A DNA stretch of 63,916 nucleotides, the filler included, from Collodictyon triciliatum (taxonomy: Eukaryota), in the NCBI GenBank assembly GCA_043381765.1. It is 3 parts of 3 records of this genome, joined end to end, with 100 filler letters (N's around TTAATTAATTAA, not from the genome) between each part and the next. Parts side by side here need not be neighbours in the genome. Positions count along the whole stretch, not along the records: positions 56,972 to 63,916 come from JBHJMP010001008.1; 2 more parts are not named here. One strand, given 5' to 3'. A program made the translations under genes and the position numbers. The notes below the pieces were generated by a model. That model was given only the letters and a program-made list of their open reading frames with translations, was not told the origin of the DNA and searched no databases. The first letter of the stretch is position 1; every line of letters begins with the position of its first letter. This document shows, piece by piece, positions 63,690-63,916 of the stretch.

Positions 63690-63916
63690 GTTTGCATGCC
63701 TCACTTTGATTTCTCGGCGCCATATTCCTTTATACTCTTTATATAGTATTTGAGTTAGTTGACTTAAATCTAATAAATGTTTGTTCTGTCAATAATAATA
63801 ATAAATAAGAATCATCTGAATTCATAAAAAAAAAAAAAAAAAAAATCAATACAAAAAAAAAGAGCGTAGCCTTAAATACAATAATATTTTTATTTTAATA
63901 TTTTTTTTTTATTTTT

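Overview
Intron-rich, AT-rich nuclear DNA of a flagellated microbial eukaryote. It uses the standard genetic code (TAA, TAG and TGA all end genes) and has short spliceosomal introns and many intronic microsatellites. The window is three assembly pieces joined by artificial N44-TTAATTAATTAA-N44 spacers (28421-28520 and 56872-56971), with several other N gaps. Manual splicing gives about 14 protein genes in this order: G3BP-like NTF2/RRM protein, TLC-domain membrane protein, LRRC23, Cys-rich ABCG half-transporter, a multi-exon orphan, a two-domain E2 ubiquitin-conjugating enzyme, a two-repeat Myb protein, condensin NCAPD2, a lebercilin-domain protein, ATAT1, an N-BAR protein, CCDC146/MBO2, a SEC14/CRAL-TRIO protein and NOP14. 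One tRNA-Lys(CTT) follows LRRC23. The most notable observations: (1) an E2 predicted to join a UBE2Z-like and a UBE2U-like domain, each keeping its catalytic Cys; (2) a SAM-like domain on its own symmetric exon between the NBD and TMD of the ABCG; (3) a BAR gene so close to ATAT1 across a gap that a fusion is possible; (4) a ~130-bp poly(A)-bounded direct repeat flanking the Myb gene; (5) two probable GC-AG introns. Family assignments come from motif recognition by eye, not database searches, and exon boundaries are predictions.
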